A stretch of 63,894 nt of DNA, filler included, from Octopus bimaculoides (taxonomy: Eukaryota): NCBI RefSeq assembly GCF_001194135.2. It is 5 parts of 5 records of this genome, joined end to end, with 100 filler letters (N's around TTAATTAATTAA, not from the genome) between each part and the next. Parts side by side here need not be neighbours in the genome. Positions count along the whole stretch, not along the records: positions 18,840 to 30,911 come from NC_069004.1; positions 31,012 to 40,983 come from NC_068986.1; 3 more parts are not named here. One strand, given 5' to 3'. Position 1 is the stretch's first letter, and every line of letters starts with the position of its first letter. Below, piece by piece: positions 26,826 through 38,985 of this stretch. Made by a program: the position numbers and the translations under genes. The notes beneath the pieces were generated by a model. That model made no database searches. It was not told the origin of the DNA and was given only the letters and a program-made list of their open reading frames with translations.

Positions 26826-27830
26826 ATATTTATACGTTTATACGGATATAATATAACCACCTCGCATAGACTTAAGTAACTAAAAAGTATATATTTACGA
26901 ACAGAAAGATAACAATTTATAAAGGGATAAGAGGTTAATAGGTTATGCACATATATGCATATATACATATATACAAATATAAATAATAAGGGTAAAAAAA
27001 TTTATATTAATTTGATTAATATCAATTTAAACCAGTGGCCTAGCATATTGAAAAAAATCTGAAGATTCACAAAAATATTACATACATATGAGAGGGATGA
27101 CCACTAGGTGGACATCCAATATGCTAAATGTAGACCCCATATGGTCTGACCACTAAGAAATATTGTTCTCAAGAAAATTCTGGCGTTTGCCGAATTTTCT
27201 TGAGAACAATTTTTACTTAGTGGTCAGACCATATAGGATCTACATCTAGCATATTGGATGTCCACCTAGTGGTCATCCCTCTTATATGTATACATATATA
27301 CAAGTACTTATACGTTTATATGGATATAGTATAACCATCTCGCATAGACATAAGTAGCTGAAAAAATCTCTATTTGATAACAGTAACAACTTATAAGGGA
27401 TAAGAGGTTGATAGGTAAGGATATCAAAGTAAAAAAAAATAAGAAAAATTTATAGAAAATAATAAGAAATATATAAAACCTACAATTAAAGATATAGGGT
27501 ATTAAAGTTTGAGGTAGGGAAGAGATAAAGGTAACCCAGGTATTCAGACCGAAGAGATTTTATAAGTTGCAAAGTTAAAGGTGCTATTACAAATATAATT
27601 TTATAGTTTCTAAGGGGTATGTTATTACCCAACAGCAGGTTCAATGCCTCTTCAAGGCAAATGTCACATTTGTCGGATAGCGAATTACATCAGTGTGCAT
27701 TTTTTGTGATTGATCATTCCATTTCGTATTTCATTTTTGATTCTTTCTGTCTTCATAATAGATCCGAAAGTGAATTTGCGTGTCGTCTGTTTAACTTTTG
27801 GAATGACGAGATGAAGAACTATGTTGTATG
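26826..27830 (-). mobile_element. Penelope 3' end with pseudo-LTR-like direct repeats and an internal hairpin
   Basis: 27610-27830 minus reads ISSFQKLNRRHANSLSDLL*RQKESKMKYEME*SITKNAH*CNSLSDKCDICLEEALNLL (GIY-YIG end). Direct repeats at 26826-26945 and 27307-27415; hairpin arms at 27081-27180 and 27192-27291. Confidence 0.75.
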
Positions 27831-27897
27831 GAAACGTGTATTAATTAAAAAATAACTGTCCAACCGTATTCCTTTCTGCTGGCTCTATCTCATTCAG

Positions 27898-27940
<43 letters not shown>

Positions 27941-27941
27941 A

Positions 27942-27995
<54 letters not shown>

Positions 27996-28564
27996 GCAGA
28001 TGTTTCTTTCATAACCACGGCCAAAGAGAAATTTCAAAATGGCGAACGAAATAATATTCGTTTGGTCACTTTTTATTAGCAACATATTTTTTCTACACTT
28101 CACTCTGAGATTGTGGCGTTGAAATTTATTCGAATTTACCCAGGATACGTCACAATGCGACATGATACGAGACGTCAATGAGAAACAGTTAAAGAAAAAC
28201 ACACAAAAATTAAATAAATGGGAGCTAAAGTTACGACTTAAGCGCTCACTTTCCATGCTAAACAAACAATACGACTTTACAATAAAATAAAACAAAAATG
28301 TGTATTTTTATTTTGTCGTTGCTGCTGTTCAGACGATCGTTAGTTGAATAAAATGTCGGCAAAATAAACTTGAAAAGAAAACAAATTGGAAAGAGAATTT
28401 TATATGAACAGTTAATGAGGAAAGAAAAAGTTTATTTTTGTTTGGTATATCGCAACGTGTCTACATGAATTCGATTAACTGCATCATCTTCAGACAGCGA
28501 TCAATCATATACTACTGCAGACGGAATCATTTTAACATTCGATTCGATTAGATAATTGCGTAGA

Positions 28565-28598
28565 GAGCGGAAGTTATGCGTACGTCAGTTACAACAAC

Positions 28599-28629
<31 letters not shown>

Positions 28630-28653
28630 AAACAACAACAGCAGCAGGTGAGG
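28565..28653 (+). promoter_or_regulatory. Candidate promoter and short first exon
   Basis: ETS motif GCGGAAGT, CRE-like ACGTCA overlapping Inr TCAGTT (28585-28590), a (CAA)n tract, then donor CAG|GTGAGG at 28647/28648. Confidence 0.5.
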
Positions 28654-29122
28654 CATAGAAACAGTTGTAAAAGGCTGGACTTCAACGTACTTCAACGTAC
28701 GAAATTTTGTTTCCACATTTAATGGTCGTCATTTCAATAATAATGTTGATTACTGTTTGACAAGGAAGAAAATAAATTATAGAACGGTGAGATCTGAATC
28801 AATTTTAAAGAAGTCATTTCGATAACTATGAAAGGGCGTGGACTATTGATAAGGGCATTGCATTTACGCTTGAAAAACTGCGGTTTCGATTCCAGTACTG
28901 GGCGGTTAGTTGTGGTCTTCATGAAATGTTGTTCTAGTTCACTTGGTTATAAATGAGTAAAGACAGACTGGAGCCTCACAAATGCTGTAATGTCAGTCAT
29001 TTATACACTCTGGAAACCAAATCACTGACCCTATGAATCCTAGAACTAGAGACAGTCTTCATAAGTTTACAAACGATGATCTTACTTTAACTCTCTGGAA
29101 TTATAAAAAGATACAGTCGACG

Positions 29123-29460
29123 CGCATGGTTCGGTGGTTAAATCGTTGGGCTCGCAATCATGAGGTAGTTAGTTCGAATCTCGGACCGGGTTGAGTGTGA
29201 TGTTCTTGATCAAGACACTTTATTTCATGTTGTTCCAGTTCACTCAGCTGTAGAAATGAATTACGACGTCAGTGGTGCCAAGTTGTAACGGTCTTCGCTT
29301 TACCCTTGGATAACATTGGTGGCGTGTAGAGACGGGGCTGGTATGCATGTACGGCGATTGCTTGTCTTCTATAAGCAACTTTGCCTGGACTTGTGCCTCG
29401 GAGGGGAACTTTCTAGGTCCAATCCCATAGTCATTCATGACTGAAGGGGGGGTCTTTTCC
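29123..29460 (+). mobile_element. Near full-length tRNA-headed SINE (family E)
   Basis: A-box tggttcggtggtt, B-box gttcgaatc, body caagacactttatttca..cagttcactcagctgtagaaatga, and 3' gaagggggg..tt. Confidence 0.85.
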
Positions 29461-29469
29461 ATTTACCAA

Positions 29470-29885
29470 TAATTATGTCTCAAATTTTGACACAAGGGCA
29501 GCAATTTCAGAGATAGGTGGGTAAGTCGATTAGATCGACCCCTACTGTTCACCTGGTACTTATTTCATCGATCCTGAAAGGATGAAATACAATATCAACC
29601 TTGGCGGAATTTGAACTCAGGACGTAAAGACGCACGAAATGCCGCTAAGTATTTACCCCGTGTGCTAACAGTTCTTTTCTACTCTAGGTACAAAACCCAT
29701 AATTTTGGGGGAGGGGGCCAGTCAATTAGCTCGACCTCAGTACGCAACTGGTACTTAATTTATCGATCCCGAAAGGATAAAAGGCAAATTCGACCTCGGC
29801 GGAATTTGAACTCAGAACACAAAGACAGGCGAAGTGCCGCTAAGTAGTTCGCCCGCCGTGATAACGATTCTGCCAGCTCGAAGCC
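29470..29885 (-). mobile_element. Two tandem SINE family A copies
   Basis: Reverse complement of the family A core (ggcggaatttgaactcag) occurs twice. Confidence 0.85.
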
Positions 29886-30073
29886 TTGCATTTACCAATA
29901 ATTATAGACAAGCTGTCAGTGGTTGTTGTTATTGTCTACTTCATTCTTTCGTTATTTTGTTGTGAGTTAAGATAACGTGTTGTGGCGGTATCATTCGAGC
30001 GTCAGAAAAAAAAAAGGCAAGAAATGGTTTGCGGTGTTGCTTCCGCTTCTTTGCTTTCTAATCACAGTAAGGT

Positions 30074-30467
30074 TGGTCGGTTGGCACTCCGTCTGTTACG
30101 ACGACGAGGGTTCCAGTTGATCCGATCAACGGAACAGCCTGCTCGTGAAAGTAACGTGCAAGTGGCTGAGCACTCCACAGACACGTGTACCCTTAACGTA
30201 GTTCTCGGAGGAGATTCAGCGTGACACAGAATATGACAAGGCTTGCCCTTTGAAATACAGGCACAACAGAAACAGGAAGATAGAGTGAGAGAAAGTTGTG
30301 GTAAAAGAGTACAGCAGGGTTCGAAACCCACCCACCCCTGCCGGAGCCTCGTGGAGCTTTAGGTGTTTTCGCTCAATAAACACTCACAACGCCTGGTCTG
30401 GGAATCGAAACCGAGATCCTACGACCGCGAGTCCGCTGCCCTAACCCCTGGGCCATTGCACCTCCAC
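30074..30467 (-). mobile_element. Full-length tRNA-headed SINE (family C) with 11-bp TSD
   Basis: Minus head ggaggtgcaatggcccaggggttagggcagcgg..gtttcgattccc; TSD cacagtaaggt at 30063-30073 and 30468-30478. Confidence 0.9.
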
Positions 30468-30599
30468 CACAGTAAGGTAAAGAACTGTAATACTTTGGGT
30501 TAGTAACGAGTCATATAATACTATAGTCGATGATACGACTAACGCTCTCCTTTCAAAACCTTGTTCATAAATCACAAATCACTATTAAGGTCATAGTTA

Positions 30600-30911
30600 A
30601 GACAGCGAGCTGGCAGAAACGTTACCACGCCGGGCGAAATGCTTAGCGGTATTTCGTCTGTCTTTACGTTCTGAGTTCAAATTCCGCCGAGGTCGATTTT
30701 GCCTTTCATCCTTTCGGGATTGATAAATTAAGTACTGGGGTCGATCTAATCGACTGGCCCACTCCCCAAACATTTCGGGCCTTGTGCCTAGAGTAGAAAA
30801 AATGGATGGTTAACACGCCGGGCAAAATGGTTCGTAACATTTCTTCTAGTTCTTTACGTTCTGGATTTAAAAAATTCTACCGAAGACAACTTTCATCCGT
30901 TCGGGGTCGAT
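30600..30911 (+). mobile_element. SINE family A copy followed by a second partial copy
   Basis: gagctggcagaaacgtta..ttctgagttcaaattccgccgaggtcga..gggccttgtgcctagagtagaaaa. Confidence 0.88.
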
Positions 30912-31011
30912 NNNNNNNNNNNNNNNNNNNNNNNNNNNNNNNNNNNNNNNNNNNNTTAATTAATTAANNNNNNNNNNNNNNNNNNNNNNNNNNNNNNNNN
31001 NNNNNNNNNNN

Positions 31012-31042
<31 letters not shown>

Positions 31043-31064
31043 TACACATATATATATATGCTAC

Positions 31065-31107
<43 letters not shown>

Positions 31108-31372
31108 GTTATTATTATTATCATCATCATCATTATTATTATTTGTATTATAGTGTACTTATGTATTTACATAATCATGTGGCTCTCAGAGAAATCTCTT
31201 CTAACGGACTCGGCTACCAGCCTCATAGTAATCCAATAAAGAGGATTGTAATGCTGAGTTCCATGCAGCTGCAATCCAGAAGAGCTGGATGATAAAATTA
31301 TATCTTTATGAGTATATAAACCATAAAATATCAAGAGGTATGAGGATTGAATTTATTTACTTAACCACTTGA

Positions 31373-31905
31373 CCTGACAAGAATTCGAAATTTTTGTGGG
31401 CACGGGAGTTCCGGACCCCAGTTATGAACTCATTTGCATACAGCCAATCAGAGTCCAACTATGAAACTAATTTACGAGCGGATAACAAGTGGTGGGCGAT
31501 AAGATAAGGTCACTTGAGTAAGGAATGACCATGCTTCTTTTCTCTTTTAATAATGCTTCTTGATCTTGTTCTTGTTTCAAACATGGCTGCCTCTGCGTAG
31601 TTATTGTGTTGTTTACTTTGAGAGGGTTGCTAGCACACCATCTTCTACCCACATGTCTTCCATCCACATTTTTACCATATGGGGCCCTAACAAAATACGA
31701 TAATAGGTCTAGATACAAATCTATCTAATTACTTGTTTTCCGTCTAATATCACGCATAACTTGGCGATCGGTCGACTTTCAACACCGTTCTTCATCTTGA
31801 GTTTACATGGTAGAGTGGGTTTGTTAACTTGATTGGTTGTATGCGTGTGAGTTCCTTCCTGGAGTCCGGAACTCTCGTGGAAAAAAAATTGCGTCAAGGA
31901 TTACG
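31373..31905. mobile_element. Possible MITE bounded by imperfect inverted repeats
   Basis: cacgggagttccggacccca (about 31401-31420) versus the reverse complement of tggagtccggaactctcgtg (about 31860-31879), 18/20 matches. Confidence 0.5.
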
Positions 31906-32289
31906 ACCGTTTCTTAGACTTCTTCGTATAAGAACAATTTCAGGGTATAATAAAATGCATATATGTAGGCAATATTATGTATGAAACGCGTTATGCAATC
32001 CAATTATTCTGAAAACAATGCGAGCAAGGAATGCTAACTCACCATAATATCAGGTAATTTTGGTTACACCAACGATTCAACTTTTAGGGGATTCCCCTAA
32101 TGAACTGAACTGGGACCATTACTGTTCGTGGTACCTGTGTCAGTCATGCCTTCAGCCATACTGTCACACACAATCAACAAATATACTATCACTCAAGGAC
32201 CCAGATAATATCCTAATAGCACAGAAAGATCTAAATACAATATACGAGTATATCAGTCAGCTGAGGAAAGTAACATGCAGTCACTTCTG

Positions 32290-32856
32290 AGGAGTTTGAA
32301 GCACTCCGTTTTCGGCACATAACCAGATTTCATTCATAATATATGGGAACAGCGAAAGGTGCCCCACCATGCTGCAAGATAAAATCTGGCCAGTTATCAG
32401 TACCTGAAAGAATATTGAATATTTTATTGTTATACAAAATTGCACTCCTCCACATTTTGATATTGTTGTGCGTGAATGATTGAATGCCCACTTCCCTGGG
32501 AGATTGAAGGGTGGTCGAGGTCCGCATGATTGGCCGGGCAGAAGCCTTGATTTAACATCTAGCGACTTATTTTTTCGGTGTTGGTTAAAGGAGCAAGTCA
32601 CCTCTACCAAACCAACGACTTTGGAAAAACTTGAAGGACGAATACGAGAATTTATGTCTTCCACCCCGCAGATGTTCCTGATGCGGTTTCCGGGCAGATT
32701 TAGAAGCTGGTTGCGAATGCTGGTACCTATATCGAATTTTAAATAAAATTCCATGTTATAAAATTTCTTCTCATATTTAGTTTTTTCTAAAAATTTTAGT
32801 TAATAAATAAATTATAAGTATTTTAAAATAGGGAGTTACTTTTCCATCACCCTGTA
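32290..32856 (+). mobile_element. Tc1-like transposase 3' relic with right TIR
   Basis: MLQDKIWPVIST*..PPHFDIVVRE*LNAHFPGR..GPHDWPGRSLDLTSSDLFF..LKEQV; TIR reverse complement ta-cagggtgatggaaaagtaactccc ends at 32856. Confidence 0.88.
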
Positions 32857-32857
32857 T

Positions 32858-33260
32858 ATGGCTGTGTTTGCGAGCAGTGTTGTCTCGGTTTCAGTTCCAA
32901 TTCGCAGAAACCTGGACATGTTGCTTCTATTATAGACTCTCTGATATCAAAAGCCTTGTGAGCGGATTTGGTAGATGGAAGCTGAAACAAATCCGGTGTC
33001 TGCATGTGCGTATCAGTGTTGAGTGTATTTGTACATGCGTGCATCTAAGTGCATGTGTTGAGAGTGTGTGTGTGCGTGCATCTTTACATTAGTGTTTGTA
33101 ATCTAATATCGCTTGAAAACGGTATTGGATTGTTTCCATCTTCGCCTGGCAGAGTGACCGACGGAATAAATACCAGGCTTTAAAATGATCTACTGGTGAT
33201 GATTTGCCTGTCTAAGAAGTTCGAGGCAATGCTCAAGAAATAACCACAGTCCATTGACAG
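32858..33260 (+). mobile_element. Degenerate SINE family B copy
   Basis: aagccttgtgagcggatttggtagatggaagctgaaa core. Confidence 0.75.
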
Positions 33261-34231
33261 AAATAAGCAGACAAAATTAATCGATGTACCATATACATAA
33301 ACCTACAATTATTTCAAGGAAAACCATCAGCTGAGTTATTTGCTATTATGTAAATATTTTATTGTTCTCTCACGCATACAAACATACCTACCTACCTACA
33401 TACATGCACACGCATGTCTGCGCGCGCGCACAAATCTAATCATGCGAGCATAGAAATTCACAGTTAATGAAGAATTCAATGTTAAAACTAGTACATGTAA
33501 ATTTTATTCACCGTTTCCTTAGAATGTAACTCAGTTATTTGTTCTTTCGTTTCTTCGGAGCAAACGGAAGTTGAAATATCCTGGCCATTTTGTTCGGAAA
33601 TAGTGAATATTACAAACATCCATGCATGAATAACTACATACTGATATACTTACATATTAATATGTATGCGTGTATTTAGGCATGTATAGAAATATCTATG
33701 TACATATGTATATATATATATATATATATATATTTCCTTTTGGGATTTGATTTGCAAGATTCTTTATGCGAGTTCGTGTGTTGAAGCATATTCTCTTGTG
33801 TCTGGGGTGAGTCATTTTCTTTTTGTGCCTTATAATTTAGACTATTCACCGGTAAAATTTCCACTTATTTCTTGTTTTTATTTTCAAAAAATTTCCAACA
33901 AGAATCTGGTGTCGCCATCTCTAGCCAAGCATTTATTCTGTGCTAATGGAATTAAATAACTCACAAACCACTGGTACACGGATATTTCTTTGAACTTAGC
34001 TGCTTATGACCCCTAGCTTAGCTGCATATGACCCTTCCTTGTTTTTACTATCCGTATTTTTGTTGTTCACCTCCTCCGTCTTTGTATCGTCTATTTTTCC
34101 AAATAGATATAATCTATTTTCCCAGATGTTCGACCAAGCACCATCGAACATTGATGTTCGATGGCACTTAGTCGAATGCATATTACTAATTATTAGCATT
34201 CTCAGATTTATAATTTAAACATTTTGAAATT

Positions 34232-34301
34232 CTGTGCTGAGGATGGAAGTAAGTTGAGTAATATATTTTTACATCTCTTTAATCCTGAAACGCGTCTACA
34301 G
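34232..34301 (+). ncRNA. Minimal type I hammerhead ribozyme motif (Penelope-type)
   Basis: Stem I ctgtg/tacag, core CTGAGGA (34237-34243), loose stem II gga..tcc, then GAAA-CGC-GTC with palindromic stem III and a GUC cleavage triplet. Confidence 0.65.
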
Positions 34302-34650
34302 TTAATCAAAGCCGGGTGGATTCGTTATTTTTTCTCTTTGCCTGTGTGAGTTGCGAGTGATGCTGTCGAGTTGCGAGTGATGCTGTCTGCGAGATATATT
34401 ACGGTAGTGGAATAGTGTTTTAACTGCTGTTTCTAAATTTCGGTATGTGGTGAAGCAACTATTGCTGAACCCTAATTATAATTATGCTTATATATATATA
34501 TATNNNNNNNNNNNNNNNNNNNNNNNNNNNNNNNNNNNNNNNNNNNNNNNNNNNNNNNNNNNNNNNNNNNNNNNNNNNNNNNNNNNNNNNNNNNNNNNNN
34601 NNNNNNNNNNNNNNNNNNNNNNNNNNNNNNNNNNNNNNNNNNNNNNTAAA

Positions 34651-34728
34651 GAATGGAGTGAACGCATGTTATAACTGCATACTTTATTGGAATAAAGTAT
34701 GCAGTTATAACATGCGTTCACTTCATTC
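34651..34728. repeat. Near-perfect 38-bp-arm palindrome
   Basis: 34651-34688 versus the reverse complement of 34691-34728 has one mismatch; spacer is gg. Confidence 0.92.
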
Positions 34729-34895
34729 CTTAAATTTATATATACTCAAATACCCAAAATATCAAGGAGTTTCTGCCTCAAAAACAGGAATTACACCACA
34801 GTTATTTTGTGATCTTTGCTACCCTGGTTTCTATTAACCCATTTATTCTATCCGAATTATTATTAATTAGGATAAAATAAATACATATAATTTAA

Positions 34896-34927
<32 letters not shown>

Positions 34928-35210
34928 TTAATATGGGCTTCTTTAAGTTAACATCTACCAAATCTACCCACAATGCATTGGTCGGCCCGAAGTTATAGTA
35001 AAAGCCACTTGACCAAGGTGCTACGCACTTTGACTGAATCCGGAATCTTCTTACGTCACAGCCACACCTGCAACAATATATACATAAGTGTGTGCGTGTA
35101 CATATATATATCGATAGGTAACTATTCTTATAAACAGAAATATTATACGCCCGCATAAATGCATATATGGGTGTGTGTACCCATGCGCACACACGCACAC
35201 GCATAAACAA

Positions 35211-35278
<68 letters not shown>

Positions 35279-35829
35279 ATATTTAGAAGCAAGGCTTGAA
35301 GAAAGACAAGAGAAAGTCAATGAGAGAGTATGACAAGGCAATGTGAGAGAAGACGATCGAAAAATGTAAAAACGTAGCATACACAAAATAGCGTAGAACT
35401 AAGACACACTAAGCACATTCACAGGAAGAGCAAACGATTTTTCTCCCATGACCCTCTTATTAATTTATTTTTTCTCTCTGTGTTTTCCAACAATAACTAC
35501 CCAGGTTATCTTGGAATAGAAAATAAAAGACATGGTCACGCTTGAGTGAAATTAACTATAAGGGAATACTATCGGTACCCGTAATAAAAAATTACCTTCC
35601 CATGCCAACACCCGACCACCTAAGTTACTATATTGCTTTTATTTATTTGTTTATCAACCAGAACATACTTATTATAAAATCCCTTTTATCGGCCTTACTC
35701 CGGTTACAATTCTTCAAACAAACTCTCCTTCCCTTCACCCTGCCGATGATTTACCTATGTGTGTATACGAACGTATGTATGTATGTATGTATATACGTGT
35801 GTATGTCGACATGTGAATGTATGAGTGTA

Positions 35830-36045
35830 TCTTCTCTCTCTCTCTGTCTCTCTCTCTCTCTCCGTCTCCCTCTCTCTCCGTCTCTCTCTCCGTCTCTCTC
35901 TCTCTCCGTCTCTCTCTCTCCGTCTCTCTCTCTCCGTCTCTCTCTCTTTCTCCGTCTCTCTCTCTCTCGCCGTCTCTCTCTCTCTCCGTCTCTCTCTCTA
36001 TCCGTCTCTCTCTCTCTCTCTCCGTCTCTTTCTCTCTCTCTCTCA
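35830..36045. repeat. (CT)n / (CCGTCTCTCTCT)n compound microsatellite
   Basis: Visible; it explains the SL-repeat and ER-repeat ORFs. Confidence 0.95.
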
Positions 36046-36604
36046 TATATTATATGTATATATGTTTCTATATACGCATATATAGATTACACACAAACGC
36101 ACACACACACACACATACACACACAAAGAGACAAACACACACACGCACATAGTTGTATATTTTTTTCTTATTCTAACATTTTCTTTATTGATATCTTTGT
36201 GTTCACTGTTTTTCTTTGTGCTTGGTTCATGTTAAATATAGACTTTTATTGCATGTAAACATGAATCTTGCTGGGTTTATTGCCAATTCTTCTCCACGGG
36301 GTGCTAGAGTACCCGAGCCTTGTCAACGAGGTGTGTAACTCCAGGTTACTGAACAACGTCTCCACGCACAGATATAGTCTACACTTTCTCACCACTATTT
36401 CGTACTTCTGGCGTATTCAATTTTTCTCTGTCCATGTTGTATGACATAAAGAGACGAAAGAACGTAAGAATACATCACACGAATATGTTCACACGCATTC
36501 TTGGATGACACTCGCAAACATATATATGAGTGTGATTGCGTACGTATATAAGTGTATATTCATGTAACAGGAGTGCATATACTTTTTTATATATACATAT
36601 ATCC

Positions 36605-37010
36605 TCTCTCTTTTACTTGTTTCAGTCATTTGACTGCGGCCAGGATGGAGCACCGCCTGTAGTCGAGCAAATCGACCCCAGGACTTATTCTTTGTAAGCC
36701 TAGTACTTATTATTACGTCTCTTTTCTCAAACCACTAAGTTACGGGGACGTAAACACACCAGCATCTTTTGTTAAGTGATGTTGGGAGGACAAACATAGA
36801 CACACACGCACATATATATATATATATATATATACATATTTACGACGGACTTCTTTCAGTTTCCGTCTACCACATCCACTCACAAGTCTTTGGTCGGCCC
36901 GAGGCTATACTAGAAGAGACTTACCCAAGGTGCCACGCGATGGGAATGAACCCGGAACCATGTGGCTGGTAAGAAAGCTACTTACCACACAGCCACTCCT
37001 GCGCCTAGCG
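36605..37010 (-). mobile_element. Full-length tRNA-headed SINE family B
   Basis: Minus head gtggctgtgtggtaagtagc..ggttccgggttca, core gtggatgtggtagacggaaactgaaagaag, an internal (AT)n and tail tgactgaaacaagtaaaaga. Confidence 0.92.
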
Positions 37011-38519
37011 AGCTACTTGCCACATAGCCACATAGATCCCTGAGCCGTCACGTGTTTGATGGAATCGTAAGGCTCTATTTTACAATCTGACGGCGCCCAT
37101 CTATACCAAGCATTAATCCAACAATAAATCTGGTTACTCCCGTCAAAACGGTACCAGTACCACGTGAGAAAAGTACAAAGCGTCAGCACTCTAGTCACAT
37201 GTGTGCACACACACTAGACGTACGCGCACGCACAAGCATCAGACATATACATGTGCGCACAAACCACATATGTTTGTGTATGTGCGCGTGTGTGTATATG
37301 TGTGTGTGCGTGCGTGTGTGCGTGTGTGTGCGCATGTGCGCGTGTGTGTGCAAGTGTTTGTATGTATGTGTGTTTGTGTGTGTGTATGTGTGTGTGTGTG
37401 CGTGTGAAGGTACATGACTCAGTGGGTCTCACAAACATAAGGTAGTGAGTTCGATTCCCGGACCGGGCTACATGCTGTATTCTTAAGCAAGACACTTTAT
37501 TTCATGCTCCTGGTGGATCGGCCTTTGCCTTCGGCAATGGCATGGTGATGGGAGGCCGTTATGCATGGAGGACTGCTGGTCTTCTACAAACAACCTTGCC
37601 CAGAGATGTGCCTTTGACATTCTAGGTGCAATCCCATGAGCATTTATGTCGGAATGGGGTCATTATCCTTATTTATATATGCATCCCACTCCCATATACC
37701 CCACCGCACCTCCACATCCTCACGCCAAACCCAAACCCCACCCTTGCATCCCCACACTGCAACAGCATATCACACACCACATACACCACCCCGCACACAC
37801 TAGCACTGACCACTTCCCAGCACCCAAACCATCATCCACACACTACAGACGCACACTAACACGCACACATCCACACGTCAAAGTCACCAGCCCCTATCTT
37901 TATGCACACAGTTACACACTCTCACATACTCCTACGCATGCGCACCTTCGTTTTGGGATCACCAATCCTTTATTATCTCCGCTTTTTCCTAGCTCTCCTG
38001 ACTAACTACCTTTATCCAGCCAGTCGCCATGATTGAGCGTTAAATTGAAGAGCGTAGGCTCGAAACGTAAAATAATTTCTCACCTTCCTGAGCGTCAAAC
38101 TAATACACTTACTTGTTTATACACCTGTCTTGGTCGTTTGTCTTTCTGCAAATTTCAACTATATAAGCGACAAGGTGTTAATCCAATAGGAATGCAGCAC
38201 CGCAGTGATAGACTCGATTACAGAACTATGATGAACGATAAAATATCACTCTTGATTCATGATCATTCCTGCTGTTGAAAAAGGAGGACGAATCACTGTT
38301 TAAAATAACTATGGGGGGTCACGACGGAGCCAAGGACGCTGAATCGTTAGGTTATTTAACTTGGATGCACTGAAACGCGCACACTCCCACATATAAAGTC
38401 TTTCGGGTATGAGACAGCACGAAGCGATTATATAATGTATGTAACTCCTCCAAATGTATTGATTGTCGTTAGTTTATTTAAATTGGATGCACTGAAGAAG
38501 CGCACACCCTGTTAAGGTT

Positions 38520-38748
38520 CACGGTCTGATAATATCAAACCATATGAACGGCCATACCATCATTAAGTTTAAGAAAGACTTGACAAAGACCTTCAAAAAA
38601 TTTGGCTTATGTGTCACAGTTATCACTAATCTCACAATGGTCGAATTCTTAGATGTAGCCCTATACCGAGAAACAGACAAGTACTTCAAATATATGGTAC
38701 CAAATTAGGACACTGTGTATTGTCATAGATACCGAAACTACCCTCCCT
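38520..38748 (+). mobile_element. Penelope reverse transcriptase fragment
   Basis: GLIISNHMNGHTIIKFKKDLTKTFKKFGLCVTVITNLTMVEFLDVALY...PN*DTVYCH..NYPP matches the Penelope RT thumb region (FLDV..KPN..YVH..SNHPP). Confidence 0.85.
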
Positions 38749-38985
38749 GCTGTAGGTTCAAATCTTGTTTAAGTCATCGAATTTTAAACTTTTAGCGGAT
38801 AGGTAGGTTTTCAGAAAGAGTGAGTATTGGAATCACTGAGAAATTAACACATATGCTTACAATATTAGCGCTGCTTTTAATTCGTTATTGAATTTAATCT
38901 TACGTATGCATCGCCGTAGCATGCCAACGAATTGTTTTCGCACTATTTACACATAGTCATAGACTGGCGATTCGATTCCTTCCAG

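Noticed and set aside
28040-28290. AAAATGGCG start with a short hydrophobic ORF (MANEIIFVWSLF..)
   Set aside because: Stops after 27 codons and has no usable donor; could be only a YY1 motif near the 28.6 kb promoter candidate.
32330-32527. Minus-strand ORF with PDFILQHGGAP, resembling a transposase QDGAP motif and suggesting an inversion
   Set aside because: The plus strand reads continuously as Tc1 transposase through this interval, so the match is coincidental.
35542-36258. SL-repeat and ER-repeat ORFs
   Set aside because: Translations of a CT microsatellite.
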